A DNA stretch of 64,000 nucleotides, taken from contig NW_021832839.1 of the NCBI RefSeq assembly GCF_006345805.1, positions 1 to 64,000 on the forward strand, written 5' to 3'. The translations under genes and the position numbers were made by a program. Numbering within the stretch: the first letter of the stretch is position 1; each line of letters opens with the position of its first letter. The notes under the pieces were generated by a model, which made no database searches, had not been told where the DNA came from, and worked only from the letters and a program-made list of their open reading frames with translations. This document shows, in pieces, positions 1 through 13,329 of this stretch. This DNA comes from Octopus sinensis (lineage: Eukaryota).

Positions 1-1051
1 GACAATTTTCTGGAGTGAATGAATCCAGGCGTGTCATCGAACGAGTTGATTTGGTCAAGAAAACCAAGTTGAGCCTCTTTGTAACTCGATTGGGTGACCG
101 ACCAGTTCAGCCAATCAACAAAAGTGAGAATAGGAAACGTATTGCACTCAAATTCCATATTGGGGTTAAGAAATACTCCTCTGGTCACGTGAATTATCCC
201 CGGATCCCTCGAAGAGTAGGGACCAAGATTAAGCATATGTTGGCGACTGTCATTGCTGTGAATATTGTCCCAAATTATCACTGGACGATTCATCATCTGC
301 AAATCACTGTCGACATATCACCGAGTTTATGCAGGATAAAGAATCTGCACTGATTGTCCTGGCAATGACCGAGTCCCCAGTCCACAAAATGTCTATTCCC
401 GACAGCAGACAATTCCCAATGGAGACCAAATAGTCCCAACATGTCTTTTTGTTTGCATAACTCGTACAGTACACTACGACTAAACAGACAGGGAAACCCG
501 TCGGACAGAACAGGAACAGACGAGGATTCAAATACGTGAATATTCGGTTGGTGAGGTCGACCTGAGCCCCCGCGAGTGACGGAAACACGGCTTGGTCCCT
601 CTCGCTCATTTTGAGGTCAATATCGTCGAAAAACAGTCCGAAAGAATTGCAGCCGAGTTGTTGGATCTGCTGATTAATTCTCCTTACTTGGCATAGTTTG
701 GCGAGTAGTTTTTGGACATCTTCTCCGGACGAGTAGACAATATCTAATCCTGGGGAAATGGCATAAATCAATTCCACATTATTTTCCGAACTGGTTTCGA
801 TCAGTTTTTGGAAATTGTCTGAGGAATGTGAGAAAAATACTTAGTTCTGTGTCATCGTAGAGAACTCTCCACTGCAGTCGATGTTTGGGGTCGTCCTTGG
901 GGGCGTAGATATATGTGTTGAGGTGTAGTTGGCCCATCCGATTGAACAGGGCCAGTCTTTGTGAATGAGTCCACGAAATTCCATAAAACCCTTTCAAATT
1001 AAGCCCAGAAAAACCTTCGACGATTCCTGAAAGATAAATTTGGCTATTCAT
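1..1051 (-). CDS. OGA: O-GlcNAcase, GH84 catalytic domain (3' part runs off the window)
   Basis: Spliced read GIVE|GFYG...NTYIYAPKDDPKHR...ELIYAISPGLDI...FGLFFDDID...FLFCPT matches the OGA family. Introns of 24 nt (991-1014) and 22 nt. Confidence 0.9.
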
Positions 1052-1200
1052 ATATCAACTAACTTTAAAAATGTATTCTAAAATAAATTATTTATTTTTT
1101 TACAATATAATTTTTTTAATTATTTATTATGATAAATAAATAAAATAACTTGTCACGTTATTCAGACATTTTTGCCTAAAAAACAACCAAAAGAATTGAT

Positions 1201-1682
1201 TTATTCTGGGTAAATACTCTCAACAGAACAAAATAACTGGTCGGAAACGTGGTCATCCCACAGCAGGCCATCAGTCGTGTCATTAAACCCAGAATCCCGA
1301 CTGCTGTCCTCCAAGGCTTTAAGGACTGAATGATCGTCGAATAAATCACAGTCAGACCAGGAGTCGTCAATCGTGGCACAATCCTCCTCAGGATTTATTT
1401 TCTGGAGACTGCCTTTGACTTGTTCAGGCGAGTGGATGAGACATTTCCTCACTTCTGCCGCCACTGACATCCAAAATCAAGAAATTTACATTTTTTAAGA
1501 CTATGGACACTTTTGGGGAGTGTCCCGATGTGGGTTACAGTGAAATCTCCTGGAATTGAACTGTTGTGGCCAAATAATAGTTCTTCGTCTGTTATTTCCT
1601 CCTTCTTTAACATATTGGACTTGAAAATATATCTCAGATCACAGGCGTTATCCACATCATCACACTCCACCACAGACTTCAT
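1201..1682 (-). CDS. Uncharacterised acidic protein (~150 aa)
   Basis: Two ORF pieces join in frame through a 26-nt GT-AG intron. Bounded by AT-rich spacers. No family recognised. Confidence 0.5.
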
Positions 1683-1768
1683 CGATATTATTTAAAATTT
1701 AAAATTACAACACAAAATGACTAATAAATAAATTTCGATATAATCAAATTCATTTTTTGTACCAAACT

Positions 1769-2511
1769 TCATAAATCTTTATTATTAAGGGAAAAATAAG
1801 GACAAAGGGGAGAAACAGCACACAAATGACACTTTGGAGAAATGGCCGTGCAAATAGACTGCCCAAAGCCTACGAGAACAGCATTAATCTGCCCCCAATG
1901 CTCTCTTCACTCAACCTGGACAAATACCTGGGAATATTTGCTTCCAACAGTCGACGTGTCTTTTCCGGATTTGCACAACCTCCTCCAAACCATCCAAGTC
2001 GATTGACAATTCTATGCACGTGTGTGTCCACAGCTATCCCCACGTTTTTTCCCCATGCAATATTCATGACTAAATTGGCCATTTTCTTGCCCACGCCTGG
2101 GAGTCTGCAGAGACCGTCCAATGTGTCTGGAATGTCCCCCTCTTGCTTGATCACATTCGTCACTCTCAGAATATATTCTGCCTTCTTCTACTGGACTAGT
2201 CAGGATAATTACGTTGAAAAAGCCGACTGGTTTTATTATGTTGGATAAGGCTGATTTGGTCAGTTTGGACACATTCTCGACATCCACTTTGGCCAAATTA
2301 GTCCTGAGGTTGTCCATTGCCTGGGCTGTCACTTGGTCTTTGGTTGACTGGACAACATGGCTCCAATGAGGGTTTGATAGCGGAAATCCTTGGGGGATGC
2401 TCTTTTATCCCCGAGCATGTGACATCCCATTGTGTCCACTGGACTGGTTATCGAGGACCTCATTTTGACAATCCCGTTATACTGGTGCCACCACACCTCA
2501 TTCTGTTTCAT
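1769..2511 (-). CDS. NTHL1: Endonuclease III-like DNA glycosylase
   Basis: [16 protein letters not shown], HhH motif [19 protein letters not shown] and the 4Fe-4S motif C-x6-C-x2-C-x5-C ([18 protein letters not shown]). TGA at 1769-1771. Confidence 0.92.
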
Positions 2512-2563
2512 TAATAAAATATTTAAATTTTAAATATTAATTGGTCTAGTGGGAATCGACAAT

Positions 2564-3886
2564 ATGAGCAATTTTGAAGTGAGTGTGGAAAAAGTGGGGA
2601 ATATTCGAAGACATCGAGGCCGGCGTTGCATGCCCAGAGACATCCAAGACAACAAGGCCCTTCAAGAAGCCATAAAAACAGTATCCTCCACCACTAACGA
2701 TAGCTACCCGAAAACTACAACTTTGAAATAGAAAAGACACTCTGGCGAATAAGAGAACTATCAGCCCGAACAGTGGCCTTACAAATGCCGGAAGGACTAT
2801 TCCTCTTTGCCTGTACGATTGTGGATATCCTCGAACGGTTTGTAACCTGATGGAGTGCAGGTTCTCCCCCGGAGTGAGTGTAATCATAATGGCTGATGTG
2901 ATCTACGGAGCCTGCTGTGTGGATGACTTGACTGCCGAGTCCTTAGGCGTGGATCTGCTGGTTCATTACGGCCACAGTTGTCTGGGTGGGTATGTTTGGC
3001 CACTCTAGTCTCCGTCAGTCAAATGTCGTCTGTTCGTCTGCTGTATGTGTTTGTTGACATTGCTTTCGATATTGCCCACTTGGTGGACACTCTTCAAGCC
3101 AATTTCAGTCCCCGAGAGAGGATTGCTGTGATGAGCACAGTCCAGTTTATTAAAAGCCTTCATGTCTTATCGGCTTATGATTTTTAGGAGTTAAAGACTT
3201 GTCTGCCTCTCTATAATATTGTCCTGCCCAGAGAGAAGCCTCTTTCCTCGTGTGAAGTACTCGGCTGTACTGCCCCTCGATTGGAGGACTTGGATCTAAT
3301 CATGTCAGTCCTCCACTCATTTCCAGTTATGTGGGCGATGGAAGATTCCACAGCGAGGCTCTCATGATTGCTAACCCGAGACTTCCCCTCTATAAGTTGG
3401 GTGGGTTGATTCCTTGTAGTTACAGTCCCTATACTCGCACACTCACACGAGAATATTATGACTATGCTCAAATGATGAGTGTCCGTGGGAAGGATATTGA
3501 ATTGGCCTCATCCGCACATACTTTTGGGCTAGTTCTGGGTACTTTGGGGAGACAGGGGTCACTCAAAGTGCTGCAATGTTTGGCACAGACATTCGAAAAG
3601 GCTCGTCGGTCGTTCGTCCTTGTGCTTATATCAGAACTGTCGCCCACACGAATGGCACATTTCGGGGATGCTATTGACGCGTATGTTTGTTATGTGCATT
3701 CCCAGATGGGTACAGGTTGCCTGTCCTCGTCTTTCCATTGACTGGGCTCGTGCTTATGACAAACCACTGTTGACTCCCTACGAAGGAATGGTGGCTGTTG
3801 GGGCAACCCCGTGGCGGGAGGACTATCCAATGGACTACTATGCATCTGCCAGTTTGGGGCCATGGACACCCAACCATGCTTGTTGA
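2564..3886 (+). CDS. DPH1: Diphthamide biosynthesis protein 1
   Basis: Spliced: [12 protein letters not shown]...VALQMPEGL...[11 protein letters not shown]...HYGHSCL...[15 protein letters not shown]...GTLGRQGS...[11 protein letters not shown]...KPLLTPYE. About 7 introns of 23-25 nt. Confidence 0.93.
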
Positions 3887-3926
3887 CTATTACTTTATTG
3901 TTTAACTTTGATTGTTGTGCGGTATA

Positions 3927-6316
3927 TTAGCATGGAATGTGAGTCGACATGTGGCAATTTTTCTGCACTATGTACCCCTCTCTTGTGCAGTTTGTAGTCT
4001 GGGACTGAAAATGAGTTGTGTATGCTTTTGAGGAGGGCACAGTCGTCGAATTTGACCACATTTCGTGACGCGTCCACATAACTGGAGACGTGGGACACAA
4101 ACTAGTACTTTCTGTGCATTTCCAAGTCACCAGTCTCAACCCGCAGAGCAGTCCACACCAATTTGGAAGCCGGTTTGTTTATTCCTGCTTTTTTGTCAAC
4201 TTTTGAGTAAAAATCATTAAATTCGGAGTTTGTCCTCACAACTTTTGCATTTACGAATCGCTCAGCGAGAAATGTCGTGGTCGAATAGAGCAATGGAAAC
4301 TCCGTTCTTTTCTCCACTCTTTGAGGATTCAATTCATTTCTTGTCACTACAAGTCAATTAGTCAAGCACTTTGGTAGGGGGAATGTGGAAAATATTGAAG
4401 CATTTGACGATCAAACCACGCACAATCTCGGTAGTATTTCCGTGTATTTGCTGCTGGGTCATTCGCCTGTTCTTCCGAGGAGTGCGGAATCGAGTCCTCG
4501 CATGATAAACCCAAAAACAAGTCCAAAGAGGCTTGTTTCTTTTTATCTAGTCTTCCTTAAATGCAGACATACCAAAGAATGTGTTGCTGTAATATCGTGA
4601 CAGATTGGGAATTATGTCGGTGGCCGTGGATATGATGTCTGAGGGGATGTAATAATAACGAATGTAGTGCACTAGACCAGAGCCTGCGTACTGAAATGAA
4701 AGTGCATCCCCCATTTCATCGTAGAGTTTCTCAAACGTTCTAAAATAATTAAATTAGAAAAGCAAACACAGAATAAATTGATTCAGGATGCAGCCGAGGG
4801 ATGGAAATCAACCCCAAATTAAATATCTGCATTAATTAATGAAACAATTGCCTGATGTTCCAAAACATATCTTCCGATGGCAAATTGGGCAATATTTGTG
4901 CGGTCAAGACAGTCGACACAGTTAGTGCGAACAACCCCGGATTGTGTCATCTGCTCGTCCAGTCCAATACACTCGTAGTATTTAGTTCTGTCCACAATCT
5001 GGCGACTCAGCATCCTCAACCTTCCCAAGACCAGTTCATTAGGAGTACTGATAGACATAGATTAATACTTTTTCATGTCGAAATGTATGATTTCTATGCG
5101 GTTTCCAGACGGAAGGAATTGGTTGAGGTATTGTACAGCTGATTCGAGTTGATCCCCCAACTGGGACTCGTCGGAAGTCACATTTCTGCGAACAAGGTCG
5201 AGAACAATAAGAGGACATCCAAATCTGTACAGCAATTTATTAAAGTGGCGAGCAGTGAGAGTGAATCGAGGATCACAAACGGAGACTATTTTGAGGAAAA
5301 TGAAATTACGAGTAATGGGAGGTCTTTTCCCGGCAGTGTTGTAATCTTGCATCCAAACAAGTGGGACTGACCCCCTGATTTGAACAAAAGAAGAAATTCG
5401 GAGACCCACAGACCTGTCACACACAATATGTTCGATTTCTACTTGATTGGCTACATTGCCCTGAATGTGAGTAGCTAAACGTACTCGTCCGTCACTGCCT
5501 CGTCGAAGATACCTTGTGCCTGCAAATCGAGCCGACCTTCGAGCGAGGAGAGCAATGGACAGTGTGATTCCGTATATGTGAATTCCTATGTGAGCAGAGT
5601 GGCATACTGTACTCCCTGAAGAATCCGTGGACGAGGGTGAGACGCCAAATGGGACTACGGAGATGTTTAAGGAGAAATCCATTCCACATAAACTGTTTGG
5701 CAGGCTGGTTGTGAAGATTGTTGTGTTGGTAAGAATTGGTCATGTCGTAGGTGTAGGAAAAGTAAAAATGGCATGTCAAGTCCACCGAACTAAACAAATT
5801 GTACAGTCTGCAATATTCTCACAATATCACTTTTTCTCCGTCCTGCTCTGGACAATATTGAACGTGTTGGAAATGTAAATATTCTCCACATGGGCAATGC
5901 TGTACACTTTGTGGTGGCCAATATCCCCCACGTACGAACGCCTGGTCACTACAAGCATGTAGAACCCGTCCGCCAGTTTGATAAAGCCCAGAATTCCGAA
6001 CGCCAGAAGGGCTTCTACAACCAGTCATGGTCACTCAACTGTCTCCTCCCTCTGCCTTGAACTCTACTTTGTGTTTCCTGAGTACGTGGTTGAGTTCTCT
6101 GCGATTGAATTGTCGATCCTTGAATTTATTATATATATCTGTACCTCCATTGAGTCCAATAGCATGTCTTGGCTGACGTTTCTGTTGATAGTCAGTACCC
6201 AGTATTTGTCCTCCACCGTGCCCTCCGACCCCACACAGACCACATTCTGCGGTAATAACACTTTCGGATACGTTTATTGTCGAATATATTCGAATGCTTC
6301 TTATTTTCGAGGACAT
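3927..6316 (-). CDS. FIG4: Polyphosphoinositide phosphatase, Sac domain (FIG4/SAC3)
   Basis: [69 protein letters not shown] and the catalytic [12 protein letters not shown]. 3' end approximate. Confidence 0.88.
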
Positions 6317-6612
6317 CACACCAAACACTCTGATAATTTATTTTAAATTAAAAAATATAATCTTCCACCTCTTTTTATTACGGATTCACCCAAAAAATCT
6401 CCACAGGATTATCAAATTTATTATTCGTGTCCTCATTCCGTTTGGATTAATTGAGGAAACCATTCAATAATGTGTGATGAGTGGACAATTTTTGTCCACG
6501 ACTGATATTCTGCAGAGTATAATACATGCGGAACACGTAGCGTTCATAAATTAGTTAAGAAATATTGGCGACGGTTGATAACAATTAAGAAACGTCGAGA
6601 GTGCACCAAATA

Positions 6613-7423
6613 ATGTCGACAAGCTCTCATAATTTGTTTTCTCAAAACTCAAAACGTCTCAACAACTCAACGGATAACAATTTGTTCAATTCCGTACCGC
6701 GCAGTCAGAATTATCCCCTAATGCCCTCATACTCGACGGACTTTCCCCCTTCCAACGAATATGCTATCACACCCTTCAACTACCATAATGTGCCTCCTAC
6801 CAACTACTACCAGGACTTCCACTACTGTACTCTCGATAATCGAAAAAACGGGCCCCTGGAAGGCAGTTTTTCTTGTATTGTTTTACTAATAAAGGAATAT
6901 AGATGATTACCGATACCCTTACCAAGTACAGCCAATCAACTCCCAATTCCACAATTTTATGCATAACTACTCTAACAGTCAGATTGCATGTTTCAAACAT
7001 GTAGGCATGAATACACAACCCATCATGTACAGACCACACGAGTCGTTGAAAATAAGCAATTCAAGCATCCCCAAGCGAAAGAGAAGGAATTTGTTCACCC
7101 CCGCTCAAAACGCAGAGTTGGAGACACGTTTTCGATCTCAAAAGTACTTGTCGGCCCCCGAAAGGGAACAGTTGGCCAAAAGCATAAACCTGACAACAAC
7201 ACAAGTAAAAATATGGTTCCAAAACCATCGCTACAAGTACAAGAAGTATATCAAGGAGAAAGAAAAAAATGCCCCGGACGAACCAAACAAAGAGGAGTCA
7301 CTACTTTTAGATGTTGAGTCAAACAAATACTTCCAAGAGGACCAGAAAGTCTGTTTGGAACGAATGGAAAAAGGGGACTACTCACTTGATGTTAAACCTT
7401 TTAAAAATTGGAATAATATATGA
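6613..7423 (+). CDS. NK2-class homeobox transcription factor (NK2.1/2.2-like)
   Basis: Homeodomain [54 protein letters not shown] with the NK2 Tyr54. Probable 28-nt intron at 6875-6902. Confidence 0.9.
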
Positions 7424-7923
7424 ATATTAGTGTTGATTTTATCATGTGATAATTTGGTGAAAATGGCATTGTTTTGACCGGATGTCAGCAAATCGAGGAA
7501 ACAGGCCTACATTGTCCGGACAGTGTCAACAACTCATGATCAGATAAGACAGGTTGTTAAATCACGGAGAATTGATATTTAATTAATTTATTGAGTGGTA
7601 CAGCCAGCAGTGTATTCCTAAGTGCCACTTGGAAGCCTCACTAAGAATACCACCAACTGCTAGCATTGTCAATTAAATATATTTTTCTGCACTTTTACAG
7701 ACAGGTCACGAAATGATGTTATGCTATGTTCCCTGCGTTATTTTTTGAACTAAAAAATAAAGGATTCACATTCCTTTCGTGCAGAAAACTAACCAGATTT
7801 GCACAAATAAAATAATTAGTTTGTTTGATGAAAAATAGTTGGCTCATTGAGATAAATAAAATAGAATTAGAATCGATTTAATAAACATTTTGTGGTTTGA
7901 TAGAATTAATTAGCAGTGTTAGA

Positions 7924-9043
7924 ATGAGCTGCACGTTTAACATTCACTACGGATATTTGGAAGGAATTGTTCGGGGATTCAAATCAGGTCTTCTAACCAG
8001 GTCGGACTACCAGAATCTGATGCAGTCGGAAAACCTCGAAGGTACCCAACCTGTGCCCACTTAGACGTAAAACTCCACCTCCAGGAAACAGACTATCAAA
8101 CGGCCATTTCCAAGCTGGACGTGCTGGACGTAAACGAAATAGAAGAAAAACTGCAAGAAAGTTTTGTGACGCAATTCAACTACATTCGGAGTCACGCCAC
8201 AGGCCAACTCAGTCGGTTCCTGGACTACATAACGTAGTGGTGAGTGATAAGGCAGGTATGGGTACATGATCGAGAATGTCGTCCTCCTCATCACAGGCGT
8301 AGTACACGACGTCCCAATCGCCGAGCTTCTCCCAAAGTGTCACCCCCTTGGCAGTTTCCTCGAAATGGGGGCAGTTCACTTGGCTACCTCATCCGAAGAT
8401 TTGTACAGGAGCATAATGGTGGACACTCCTCTGGGTCGGGTCGCTTGATTCACGTAGGTCCCTACTTTGCGGGGTGTCTGTCGGAACAGGACTTGGACGA
8501 GACCAACATTGAGATTATTCGGAATGCCCTGTACAAGGCCTATTTGGAGGACTTTTATAAATATGTGGGGACTCTCGATTCAGTGACTCGTCAAGTGATG
8601 GAGGAAATATTGCAGTTCGAGGCCGACCGCCGTGTTTTTCTCATTACAATAAACTCCATCGGACGCACAGAAATGGCAAAGGACGACCGATTCAGATTGT
8701 ACCCCAACTGTGGCCGACTGTCCCCGTTTGGGTACATGCGCCTGGCCATGGCTGACACCTACGACCAGGTGCGCTCGGTGGCCGACATTTATGCGGTTGG
8801 TTGTGTTCCCGAGCGTAGGACTACCGACTTATTTTCGAGGATGGGAGTAAGGACTTGGAGGAAAAGTTGTTGGAACATGAGGTGCAACTGAATGTCAACT
8901 CCTTCATGAATCAGTTCAGTTTTTCCGTGTTTTATTCATTTGTCCGACTGAAGGAACAGGAAATCAGGAACATTAGTTGGATATGTGAGTGCATTACTCA
9001 CGGGAACACCAATAAAATGGACAATTACATTCCCACCTTCTAA
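7924..9043 (+). CDS. ATP6V0D1: V-type H+-ATPase V0 subunit d
   Basis: [75 protein letters not shown]. Introns 8042-8064, 8234-8255, 8435-8457 and 8796-8818 (22-23 nt). Confidence 0.96.
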
Positions 9044-10416
9044 CATTCATTTCTCACTCTTAATTTACTATGTTGTCGAATATTTTGCGATAAAACGCTA
9101 ATTAACCTCTGTTGGTCAAAGCATGAAAAAATCCAATAAAATTGCAGTAGAAATCAGAGAGTGGATGTTTATTTATTCACTCCCACACTGGTTGTATATA
9201 AAACTATTAGTAACGTCGATATAAATTTTAAAAGAATGAATTTCCTGACAGATTAAAACCAAAAACGAGTCTCAGAAGAAATTTTGAAATTTCCAAGACA
9301 GAGGGATATTTATTAGCACATTCGCGAGAATAAGAAAGTCATAATGTTTTTGCCCCTTGTGCTAAATCCTGGACGATTTTGTCTGTTAGACACCCCTCTT
9401 GAGATTGCTATTTTTCGAAGGCTGTCTAGGGCATCTCTATTTTTAGTAAAAATCCGGCATGCTTTAATTCATTATTTATGATCAGTGGTAGTGTCGTCCG
9501 TGGCCTGTCTCGAAGAAGACCCAAATTATTTTTTCATGATGTCATTAGCAATTGGTAGCAGACTTTTCAAAATTTATTTTAGACGAATAACTTAAAAACG
9601 TGTCAATTTCACTAATCATCACGTAAAATTTGTGATACTAGTATTCAGAATTAGAAGACATTCAGATAAAATAGAAATGGCAGGAGAAATGCGAATAAAA
9701 AATTGTAATCTTTTTTGTGTCTCAAAAATGACCTAGAATTACAATAATTTTTGATGTTTGAATTATTATTATTTGTCACTTACGCAAATCATAAACTTAA
9801 CTATCATAAACTAGTTTTCCTATTCCACGATTAATATCCTTTTGCACATGTGTTTTCATGGCCCCCTTGTTACTTGCTAATGCTTTTAGACATCGAGATT
9901 CTCTATATTTTGCAGTTTTCTGTTTAGTTTTGCTAAATCTTGGTTTAATCCGGCAGGTAGGGTGACTCTGGGATTTCCACAGAATACCCCTTCGGGTTGG
10001 ATTAAATAGATTTCTATCCCGATGTTTGGCAGAGTGAAACTGCCCAGTCTTAATATCTGGCCAAAATGTCGCCATCTAGAATTCAGGATTTCTATGGAGA
10101 TCGGACTCGATCTGTGACTCGTATTCTTATAAAATGAGTCATGTCAGATCTGTGAACACTAGAATATTCAAAAGTGAGTCATCCGAGTCAGTTTAATTAA
10201 ATCTGGTGAGTTGAATTCCCGAAACGTGATTTATGAAATTTCTCAAAAAGTAATCAACTCGGTTGAATTAAAATGAGTAGAATGGCTTACTTTTTGTTAA
10301 ATTAATGTCCATCAAAATTTAAGAATTGATTTTTATCTTTTTAACATATTTTGTGAAAATAACGAATTTTGTTAAAAAATCATTTTTAGAAAGGCTTAAA
10401 AAACAAATTAAAATAA

Positions 10417-11088
10417 TTATTTAAGTAAAAAGTTAGACAATTTAGATTTCAAAACTGCAAAAACCGACTTCAACAAAGTTTCTTCTTCGGGCAAAGAATC
10501 TTCGATTTGTTCAACATTTTTTATATAATTGTCATATAATTGAATTTTACCATCCAATTGCTTTATATACTCAAATTTTTTAAGACGACAACGACGAGCT
10601 GCCAATTTATTCGAAAGTCTGCGCTTCTCAATTTTTTCAGTTTCCTTTGGAAAAGTTTCGTATTTAGGAATTTGACAATTTGATAAATTCTGATCATAGT
10701 GAGTACTCGTTTTATCTTGACACGGCAGATCATAACTCATCCCGGCATAATTTTGGTCATTGCTATTTATTCCTGAAGAATACAAGTTTGAGTAGTCAGA
10801 TAAGATATTATTGTCAATAGGAATAAACCTCGTGGGAATAAAATTTTGATTCAAAAAAAATGAATCATAGTAACTCATGTCAGAAAACTGAGGTGGATAC
10901 AAATAATGAGGCTGATTTAAGCACTCCTGGGCTACAAACTGACTCTGTTCGGGAGGGTACCATTCAGGAAAAAAATAGTTGTTGTTCGTATTGTGATAAT
11001 TGCTTCTGTATTTGTAAACGCTTTGACTGAATTTGAGGAGGGGGAATTCGTTGAAGAAAATATAACTTCTCTCAACCGGTGAGGACAT
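10417..11088 (-). CDS. bZIP transcription factor (AP-1/ATF/CREB-like basic region)
   Basis: 223-aa ORF. Basic region EKRRLSNKLAARRCRLKKFEYIKQL followed by a degenerate zipper. N/Y/Q-rich N-terminus. Confidence 0.75.
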   Translation of the reverse strand: MSSPVERSYIFFNEFPLLKFSQSVYKYRSNYHNTNNNYFFPEWYPPEQSQFVAQECLNQPHYLYPPQFSDMSYYDSFFLNQNFIPTRFIPIDNNILSDYSNLYSSGINSNDQNYAGMSYDLPCQDKTSTHYDQNLSNCQIPKYETFPKETEKIEKRRLSNKLAARRCRLKKFEYIKQLDGKIQLYDNYIKNVEQIEDSLPEEETLLKSVFAVLKSKLSNFLLK

Positions 11089-11879
11089 TCTTTATTATAA
11101 CTAAAAACATTAGTAAAATATTTTTAAAACGTTTAACTATGATATAAATTTAAAAATGTCAAAATGACAAGGTCAAAAAATAGGATAAGAAAATGATTAA
11201 AGAATAAAAAACCGCATACTTTTTACGTACAATTCGTCAGTGAAGGGAGTTCTAATTTATAATCTACGCGTTTTCGTGAAAATTTGAGAAATTGAATATT
11301 CACTATTAATGATAATTGAATAAATAGTATGACTAATGATTTAGGACAACCATTCAATCAAAACATACAATAAACTAATAATTTATTAAATATAAATAAT
11401 TAGTAAAAAATAAGAAATTAAGCAGTTATAACGACAGAAGATTATTTCACCTTTTTAGCTGTTTCGACTCAACGAACTGGTTCTTGATATTTACTAATTT
11501 AAAAGGGCGATGCTTGTTTGTCCAAGGATATATTCAATTTTACTAATTTTATTACAAAATATTCCAAAAATGTTTATTAATAATAAAAATTTATCTAAAA
11601 ATAATATGAATTCTGTTTAAATGCGGATAAAACGATATAATTTTTTAAAAATATACGTCGAATTAGCGTAGACTTCTTTTTTAATCTTTCAAAATCTCAA
11701 AAGTGGTTTTACCTTGTAGAGGTCGAACTCGAGTTGTATTTTTAATAAAAAATCATCTTATTTTTTCATTGGAAAATCAATTCGTTAATTAATTCGAGCA
11801 AAAATCAATAACTAAGTATAAATAACACATTTCAGAGGTTTTTATTGGATTATGAAGAGAAATTATTTCAAAAATTAAA

Positions 11880-12420
11880 ATTTATGATAAGCCTGTTTAG
11901 ATAAAGGATTATCATAGAACGAACACTGTCGCATGGGAAGTTTCTTAAAGATTTAGCTACTTGACAAGGAAAAAGCTTTTATTTTTGAAAAGGGAAACTT
12001 TTGAGGTTCTTTGCATCTGACAAAGCTAAATTAAAAATGAAAACTATTGAATAAAACGTAGTGATTAAAATTTCAAGGCTGTCACAATTCTGACCATTTT
12101 GGTAGAGATAAGCTTCTTATTTCATTAGCTATGAAATAAAAAGACTGCAAGTCTGTAAAATTATCTGACAGTGCGTTCTTTGTCAGGCAAGATAAGTAAT
12201 TTAATTTGTAGTCTAAACAGTTAATGCGATATAAACCTTTTATTACACTATATTTGCTTATGCGCCACGGAACAGGTATATTGTTGATCTCGTGGATCTA
12301 CAAAGATACTCGGAAAAAAACGATTCAACGTAGACGACTTAGTAATATCAAGAAACGACATCGTTTTAAATAACAAAGTCCTTATTATATGACAATATAT
12401 CTGCGAAAATATATACCTTC
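11880..12420 (+). mobile_element. Degraded rve-type integrase/transposase remnant (Ginger2/KRBA2-like)
   Basis: Broken frames give DHFGRDKL, a CxxV remnant and PRNRYIVDLVDLQRYSEKND, resembling an HHCC plus integrase core start. Confidence 0.4.
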
Positions 12421-13329
12421 ACGCGAAAAAATAATCATTTTTATTCTGTCAAAGAAACTAAGGAAGAACTCGCAAATATACACATATCAATATTATCTAA
12501 ATTAAAAATATATTTTTTCTGGAGATCTGTGCCCTGATTTCAGAAAGAAGCTTTCCGCTTTTAAGCTTTTCCACTCTGCTTTGGTGGTACAGACTTTGGT
12601 GGTGAAGTTAATTTTTGTTATATTTATTAGTTTATTTGATTTTTATTACTAAATTCAAGTTAAATGTCATATAATTAACAATTCATTAGTAGTCTATTCC
12701 AATTTTTTAAAAGAATTATTAGTAGAAAAATTCTGTAGATTATTTGAAGAATACATAGAATCTATTTTTATCATTCAAAAAATACCGTCAGTGCGATAAC
12801 CAAATTAGAATGAATTTTGTAAACCGAATAAAAATTCGCGATGACAATTACCAGAAATGTTGAATTTAATGAAAGGAACAGTAATTGCTATAAGTAAAAT
12901 ACATATATAACCCCTTTAGATAATAATCCGGGATTAAATTTCTTTTCAAGTCCAAAAGAATAAATAATAACAAATATAAATGTTGTGACGAATATCCATA
13001 ACAGTAAAAATATATTTGCACATAAATTAGCGTTTTTTTCAGTAATAGAAAGAGAAATTCCAAATGTTACCAAATCTAGAATCTACAAAAATGTATTTGG
13101 AGTAATTAAACTGATAATGTGACGGCAATGGCTGCATCTTTTGATAAAACATATGTTTTGTTCAGCATAAATAGTCACGATTAACCTAGTATATCATAAA
13201 AGTGATTAATTCAGTGAATATCATTAACATTGTATTGTTCTATTATAACAAAAATTTAATATTTATTAATAAAACTATTTATTCGTTTATATATCTAATG
13301 AATTTTCAGCTTTACGGCTTATCAGTTCC

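Noticed and set aside
6035-6328. 97-aa ORF read as a separate small protein
   Set aside because: Its start is FIG4 exon 1; the remainder is off-frame read-through of a 25-nt intron.
9797-10075. 92-aa minus-strand ORF as a gene
   Set aside because: No recognisable domain or splice model; kept only as context for the AP-1 cluster.
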